Assembly (NCBI RefSeq): GCF_006345805.1
Contig: NW_021825557.1
Coordinates: 1-15,061, forward strand
DNA length: 15,061 bases
Origin: Octopus sinensis
Lineage: Eukaryota
Direction: 5' to 3'
The position numbers and the translations under genes are program-made. Below the pieces are notes generated by a model. That model was not told where the DNA came from. It ran no database searches and saw nothing but the letters and a program-made list of their open reading frames with translations. Shown here piece by piece: positions 9,581 to 15,061 of this stretch. Every line of letters begins with the position of its first letter. The stretch's first letter is position 1.

Positions 9581-10067
9581 CCTCCCTGTTTATTTACACA
9601 CTCTTTCTTGCTCCTCTAAAACTAAGTAGGTCTTTGTTCTACCGCTTTCCCTCCACTTCCGTCAAACTTCTGTCGTTGCACTCCGCTCCCCTACGCTCCT
9701 CCCTCTCTCACCTCCGTGTTATACACTACGCGAGATCACGCCATAAATGTCTAAATGTCTCACGTCATCCGTCGTCAATATAATAAATATATTCACCATA
9801 AACATCCTGTATGTTAGTTGGGATTTCAGAAACAACATATTCTAAAGTCCCAAAGTGACCTTTGTTTATGGTTTTCTCTCTTAATTCTAAGACAGTAACT
9901 TTCGATTCGAAGGCAATTTAATTGTTATTTCTAGGAAGTCGAGCGACTACGTAGAAACACCATCGCTAAACTCCGAAATGTCATGGTTGACAATATTTTG
10001 AATTTAAACCATCTTTATAGCAATTAGATGTTGAGAATACTGGATGACCAAAACAAACAATTCCTAT

Positions 10068-10150
10068 CAGTAGTTCTCAATCGGTATCCATTTAGGCCCT
10101 GAGGGATCATATAAGATTTTTTAGGGGTTCACGTAACAGAATATTAAATT
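10068..10150. mobile_element. hAT/Charlie-like MITE left-end fragment (same family as 2869)
   Basis: CAGTAGTTCTCAATCGG terminus; ATATAAGATTTT at 10109-10120 is identical to 2929-2940, with similar GGCCCTGAGGG upstream. Confidence 0.55.
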
Positions 10151-10509
10151 GGCGACTCGCAGTAGTATTTTAAGAGCCGTTAAGCAATAATAAGCTCGTG
10201 GATTGGTTAACGGATTGGATGTGGCGCTGAAGAAAGAGCGAGAACTTCAGAAATGTGCATATACACCCATTACCTACTTGTCCTTCTTCGATCGCATTGT
10301 TGTTTACGTTAGATGTATTCGGATACGAAACGTCGTAAGAAGTCAGCGCTGGTTATAATTTCGGTAGGAAATCTATAGAGATAACTAAAAAGTGAAAATA
10401 GATATTACGGTATTTGATAGTTGTAAATAAATAGTGTTTAGTGCTAGTGAGATTCCTGTGGTGTAAAAAAATCTGTCACACTGTAGAAAGGGTATGACAA
10501 GAATGTACG

Positions 10510-10770
10510 AAAGAGAGAGGGAGAGAAGGGGAACGAAAGAGAAGGGGGAAGGAAAGTGTGGGAGAGAGAGGAAGGATAGGATGGGAGTGAAGGGGAGGAA
10601 GGGAGGGGAAAGAAAGAGAGAGGAAAGTGTGGGGGAGAGAATGAGAGAGGGGAAGGAAAGGAGAGCGGGGAAGGAAAGTATGGGAGAGAGAGAGGGAGGG
10701 AGAGAGGGGAAAGAATAGGCGAGAGAGTGAGAGAGAGTGAGAGAGAGAGAGAGATAGAGAGAGAGAGAGC
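10510..10770. repeat. Polypurine (GA-rich) tract ending in (GA)n/(GAGT)n
   Basis: Direct reading; almost entirely A/G on the + strand. Confidence 0.9.
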
Positions 10771-11352
10771 CAAGCCAACGCTACTGGCACGAGTATACAT
10801 ACGTACACAGAGAGAAAAAAACCTATCAACGCTATTGGCGTGCGTGCGCGCACACACATACACACACGCACACACAGACAATTAGTATGTATGTATATGA
10901 GAATAGGACCTATGTGTATGTATGCAAACGTTATTAGCACCGGGCGCGCGCGCGTGCGAAAGTGAAAGTAAAGCGTTTGAAGAGCGAAAGTGAAGCTAAT
11001 AAGGAAATGATGAGAATTGTTAATCAAGAACGATGACAAAATGTGAACAATGATGATGACAGGCCAGAATCTTTTGCCGAAGCTGGGATGAGGAAATAAG
11101 ACGGAAGAACACAGACAAGATTTCTTACAAATTAACCAAAGGATTGTGAAGAAAATGAAGGATTACTATGAATGAGTGGGAAGATGTTTATGGCTGGCTC
11201 AGTACCACAAAATGGCCGGTGGTATTTCGACGGTGATTGCTACTAATAATAATTTAATTGTCTCCGTCAACAAAATATTTCAATGCAGCACCATCTTTCC
11301 TCTGTCCTGTAATTAAGAAAGTTCCTGGGCGCCATTTTATGTGAGAACGCTT

Positions 11353-11714
11353 TTATTACCCCCGCGGAGGTATTGTTTTCACTCGTGTTTGTTTGTCTGA
11401 CCGTGGACAAGATATCTCAAGAACCGCTGGATGGATTCGGATGAAACTTTCAGAGATGTTTGGTCTCGTGACTGGCACGAACCGATTAGATTTTCGGACC
11501 GATCCGCTACCAGACATGGATTCTGGATTATTTTTCCTGTTTTTTTTTTTAATTAATTTCTGAGAACGGTCGGGTTCATTTTTAGTATTCTCCTTTGTGA
11601 GAGCAGTCGAGTTTATTTCAGATATTCTCATTTTAAAAATCATCTCCGGTTAATCGTTGAGAATGACGTTGGTGTTGCTCTGGCGGAAGCTTGCGCTCCC
11701 TGAGAGCTCTTGTT
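11353..11714 (+). mobile_element. Helentron-associated non-autonomous element (HINE/DINE-1-like)
   Basis: 5' TTATTACCCCCGCGGAGGT (sub-terminal repeat plus short internal hairpin), then TGTTTGTTTGTCTG microsatellite. 3' GGCGGAAGC followed by stem-loop GCGCTCCCTGAGAGC and TCTTGTT, in T-rich flanks. This order of parts is the established HINE architecture. The sub-TIR pair is degenerate here. Confidence 0.65.
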
Positions 11715-12050
11715 TTAATTACATCATTTTATTTCCCTGAGCTTCATTTTGTTTTATATTTCTTGCGTAACTTCCGTCTTATCGAAGACGTTTTGAAGAT
11801 TCCATATATATATATATACTCTGACTCGAAAACAAAAACAAAAAAAATATTCTGTGAACTAGCGACAAAATCTTTGCTATTTAATCCCATCTGCCAAGCT
11901 TGAAACAAGTAAACAACACTATACCAGTAACTGTTTGTTTACGTTTTTTATAAGTAGATTCACTTTCCAGAATTTTTGTGGCTGGGAGCTGAAGTGAACG
12001 GCCTTGATAAGCACATACGAAACAAGTATTGGTCAATTTTGTAAATGTAC

Positions 12051-12089
12051 ATACACACACGCACGCACACAGACAGACAGACATACACT

Positions 12090-12147
<58 letters not shown>

Positions 12148-12292
12148 TACACACGTATGTATTTATGTATGTATGTACATATATATGAAGATAGCATATG
12201 TACTTATATATGAATATACGTATACGTAGGTGTGTGTGTGTATGTATGCGTGTATGCGTGTGTGTATATATATGTTATATATATATATATAT
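12051..12292. repeat. (CA)n array followed by mixed (TA)/(TG)/(TATG) tract
   Basis: Direct reading. Confidence 0.92.
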
Positions 12293-12503
12293 AACGGGAA
12301 GCTTTATGAAAATAAACAAAAGACGAAGGCAGGTGGAGTACAAACAAACAATTGTATTAGTATGGCGCTCAGGAATAGAAATAAAACAAGTCTTTTACGT
12401 TTCGAGCCTACGCTCTTCGACAGAAAGATACATAGAAAAGAAGCACGGAGAGAAACAAGGAGAGAAAAAAAATGCGTGCAGAGGCTAGCGAATCAACATG
12501 GCG
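12293..12503 (-). mobile_element. Putative short non-autonomous Penelope-like-element-derived repeat carrying a hammerhead-like motif
   Basis: About 210 bp of complex sequence between two TA microsatellites, with no meaningful ORF and a hammerhead-like motif at 12391-12428. It resembles a recalled high-copy octopus repeat; the Penelope link is inference from the motif. Boundaries are approximate. Confidence 0.5.
12391..12428 (-). ncRNA. Minimal type-I hammerhead-ribozyme-like motif with variant core (CUGUCGA)
   Basis: Minus strand: UCUUU [stem I] CUGUCGA A GAGC-GUAG-GCUC [4-bp stem II] GAA ACGU A AAAGA [stem I']. Stem I is 5 bp and perfect; ACGU is self-complementary. Predicted cut after GUA (between 12396 and 12395). 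Core position 6 is U, not A. Confidence 0.65.
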
Positions 12504-12517
12504 ATCAGATTCCGGCC

Positions 12518-12518
<1 letters not shown>

Positions 12519-12565
<47 letters not shown>
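12519..12565. repeat. (TA)n microsatellite
   Basis: Direct reading. Confidence 0.95.
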
Positions 12566-12567
<2 letters not shown>

Positions 12568-12770
12568 TACACAAAAACATTTGCACACATACTTATATAC
12601 ACACACAGTAGCAACTGAAGGGAGAATATTTTTACAGCGAGACCATCTATACGGACAAACGAAAGAAAATGGCACTCAGCACATTTAGTAGGAGTTATAG
12701 GTGTTCGTTAGGGGTCCGCGAAACTTAAAGTAGCACGGAACCGAATCAAACTGCTTCAAATTATAACTAA

Positions 12771-12858
<88 letters not shown>
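12771..12858. repeat. Perfect (TATC)n microsatellite
   Basis: Direct reading. Confidence 0.97.
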
Positions 12859-12859
<1 letters not shown>

Positions 12860-13339
12860 ATATAGTGATCGAGCTGACCGTTGACGCAAAGGGTTTCCAG
12901 TCATGACCATCCCATCCTTTAAGAGAGAGAGGTAAAAAGTACAGTTATTAGCGTAATAAGAGCGTTTCGACTCTTGTTGCTGCTCTTCGCGAACAAAAGA
13001 TCTGGTGTCGCTTACACCACTTCTCTCTTCTTTCCCATAACATCCCCCCTCTTCACTTCAAATGACATTCCCCGACCATCGTCTCCCCACCAATGCAGTT
13101 CTCCCCATTCGCCACCCCCTCCATGCTCTCCACACTCTCCCTTCTCTTCCAAGTGATACCACTACCTCATCTCCCCTTCTTCTTCCCTCCAATCGAGTGG
13201 TTCTCAAACGTTGTGTCGGAAGTTGAAAAACTGAGCAGAGTTTTTAGTCTTGAGAAAATTTAAATTAACTCTTGAACCTCTTAAAATAAAATAATAATAT
13301 TTGCCATACACAAGTAGAGTTTATATACAAGATAGGCAT

Positions 13340-13365
13340 AGTTTCCCATATATACATAGATATAT

Positions 13366-13437
<72 letters not shown>

Positions 13438-13469
13438 GTTTGTGTGTGCGTATGTATATATATAATATA

Positions 13470-13506
<37 letters not shown>

Positions 13507-13705
13507 GTATGTATGTAAGTATATCTAAAATATATATGTATATATATATGAATATTTGTATATATATATATAATATATATATATGTATGTATATGTATAT
13601 ATGAATATATATATATAATATATATTATATATATATATATATATTATATATACATATATATGTGTATATATACATATATTGTATGTATGTATGCATGTAT
13701 ATGCA
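13340..13705. repeat. (TA)n-rich low-complexity tract
   Basis: Direct reading. Confidence 0.93.
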
Positions 13706-13808
13706 CTTTAAGTCTTTAAGTCAAGTGATATATAAAGGCAATTAAACTGAAGGATTACTTAATATTTCTTGGTAGAATACATTATCAACTTTTTGCAAGG
13801 AAAATTTT

Positions 13809-13856
13809 GGCACCGACTTCGACGTTTCGGTTGGATCGCCTTCAACAGAAAGTGCC
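13809..13856 (-). ncRNA. Second minimal type-I hammerhead-ribozyme-like motif with variant core (CUGUUGA)
   Basis: Minus strand: GGCAC-UUU CUGUUGA A GG-CGAUCCAA-CC GAA ACGU C GAA-GUCG-GUGCC. Stem I is UUU/GAA plus GGCAC/GUGCC with a 4-nt bulge; stem II is only 2 bp. Predicted cut after GUC (between 13821 and 13820). Confidence 0.5.
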
Positions 13857-13989
13857 TTGTTTTCTGATTTATACAGACTCTGGCAAAAACTGCATGAAAA
13901 AAAAAACCCCACAAAAATATCAAGAAAATAAATCATTCTGGAGAAAGCGAGCAAGCCGAAGTCACTCGACCGTTTTCTTGTAAAAGTTT

Positions 13990-13997
13990 GTGTGTGC

Positions 13998-14037
<40 letters not shown>

Positions 14038-14060
14038 GTACACACAATCACACACACAAT
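13990..14060. repeat. (TG)/(TA)n/(CA) microsatellite cluster
   Basis: Direct reading. Confidence 0.9.
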
Positions 14061-14283
14061 CACATTACACCGTTAGCGTTTGTTCATCCGAATGGCTCCG
14101 TGACATTAAAAAACGAACATAAAGTGAGTCAGTACAATATTAAATTAAATAAAGTATTATTACCATTATTATTTTATATTACTAATAATCATAATAATAA
14201 TAATAATAATCATAATAATAATAATGATGATGATGATGATGATGATGATAATAATAATAATAATGATAATAATAATAATAATA

Positions 14284-14381
14284 ATAACCATCAGAGCATC
14301 ACAACAAATCACAGCAATACCCAAGGCACACAGAGCTGCGCTCGGTAGTGAAATGAAAGCACCTATAAAATAAAACTACTG
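14284..14381 (+). mobile_element. R4/Dong-like non-LTR retrotransposon 3' UTR fragment (copy 1)
   Basis: Nearly identical (about five differences over about 100 bp) to 14491-14591, which follows a recognisable ORF C-terminus. Ends CTACTG then (AAT)n. Confidence 0.65.
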
Positions 14382-14436
14382 AATAATAATAATAATAATA
14401 ATACATAATAATAATAAATAATAATAATAATAATAA

Positions 14437-14591
14437 ATACAGAAAATTGCACTATAGGCAACACATCCTACGCAGAACACTTTCCATACAATAACCATCA
14501 GAGCATCACAACAAATCACAGCACATACCCAAGGCACACAGAGCTGTGCTCGGTAGTGAAGTGAAAGCACGCTATAAAAATAAAACTACTG
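14437..14591 (+). mobile_element. 5'-truncated R4/Dong-like LINE end with frameshifted ORF C-terminus (copy 2)
   Basis: ATA CAG AAA ATT GCA CTA (IQKIAL), then an indel-damaged GGC, then CAC ATC CTA CGC AGA ACA CTT TCC ATA CAA TAA (HILRRTLSIQ*, 14462-14494). This matches the QKxxLLGTAHILR C-terminal motif of restriction-like-endonuclease R4-clade elements. Followed by 3' UTR and an AAT tail. Confidence 0.7.
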
Positions 14592-14844
14592 AATAATAAT
14601 AATGATAATAATGATAATAAATAATAAATAAAGCGTCCATCAAGTTTTAACCTATATAGGTGAAATGTACAAATGAATAAAATACGGTAACGTGATGAAT
14701 ATTTTCAAAAAATAGATGAATGCAGGGAGCCTGGCTGACGATCCTTGAGTACAAAGATACAAAAGGTGAAATCAATTGATCCCAGAATATTTGTTCCTTG
14801 CTTTTGTAGTTTATGCAAGGAAAACCTATTTTGCTATATTCACA

Positions 14845-14934
14845 TTTCGATTCGTCGACCGGGCGACACATTGTGCTCTTGAGCCAAACACCTCACTCCC
14901 CGTTGCTCTGAACAATCAGTTGGCAGAAACGAAT
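14845..14934 (+). mobile_element. Degenerate SINE fragment (family A, B box to CORE-like segment)
   Basis: TTTCGATTC...GACCGGGCGACACATTGTGCTCTTGAGCCAAACACCTCACTCCCCGTTGCTC...TCAGTTGGCAGAAA parallels the reverse complement of 5410-5490 and of 405-435. Confidence 0.55.
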
Positions 14935-15061
14935 AATTCTGCGACTTACCAGAAAACCGACCTTACGGGTTTACAACGTAATGGATTGGTAGAATTTTAA
15001 GAACCCCAGACTGGCTGCGTTGCGCTGTTATTTGTTCCAGTTCCTTTATGTTCTGAATTCA

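Larger units (their letters stand above)
14183..14630. repeat. (AAT)n/(GAT)n array interrupted by two LINE 3' fragments
   Basis: AAT/GAT runs at about 14183-14287, 14382-14436 and 14592-14630. Confidence 0.92.

Noticed and set aside
11356-11643. 95-aa minus-strand ORF
   Set aside because: Lies wholly within the HINE-like element; no Rep or helicase motifs.
12958-13000. Minus-strand CGAAGAG...TCGAAACGCTC resembling the 12391 motif
   Set aside because: Core has three mismatches, stem II is broken and there is no stem I pairing.
13195-13209. GAGTGGTTCTCAAAC as a third hAT terminus
   Set aside because: Terminal C is missing and downstream sequence does not resemble the other two copies.
14284-14591. 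Repeat-spacer arrangement as CRISPR-like
   Set aside because: Eukaryotic context, only two units of about 100 bp, explained as LINE 3' ends.

Overview
Eukaryotic, repeat-dense, apparently non-coding (intronic or intergenic) DNA. The SINE, MITE and microsatellite landscape looks like an octopod cephalopod (Octopus-like); this is inference from recalled repeat families, not a database match. No convincing protein-coding gene is present. Most listed ORFs are translations of microsatellites and the rest overlap repeats or show no recognisable domain. The window holds many simple repeats, about nine tRNA-derived SINE copies or fragments from three or so families (one with a 16-bp target-site duplication), remnants of hAT-like and piggyBac-like MITEs, a Helentron-type non-autonomous element, and two 5'-truncated R4/Dong-like LINE ends in a TAA array. 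The most interesting signal is two minus-strand minimal type-I hammerhead-ribozyme-like motifs (12391-12428 and 13809-13856) in unrelated flanks. Both have the palindromic ACGT stem III typical of dimer-cleaving, Penelope-associated hammerheads, and both carry the same non-canonical core, CUG-U-Y-GA instead of CUG-A-N-GA. Self-cleavage activity is untested.
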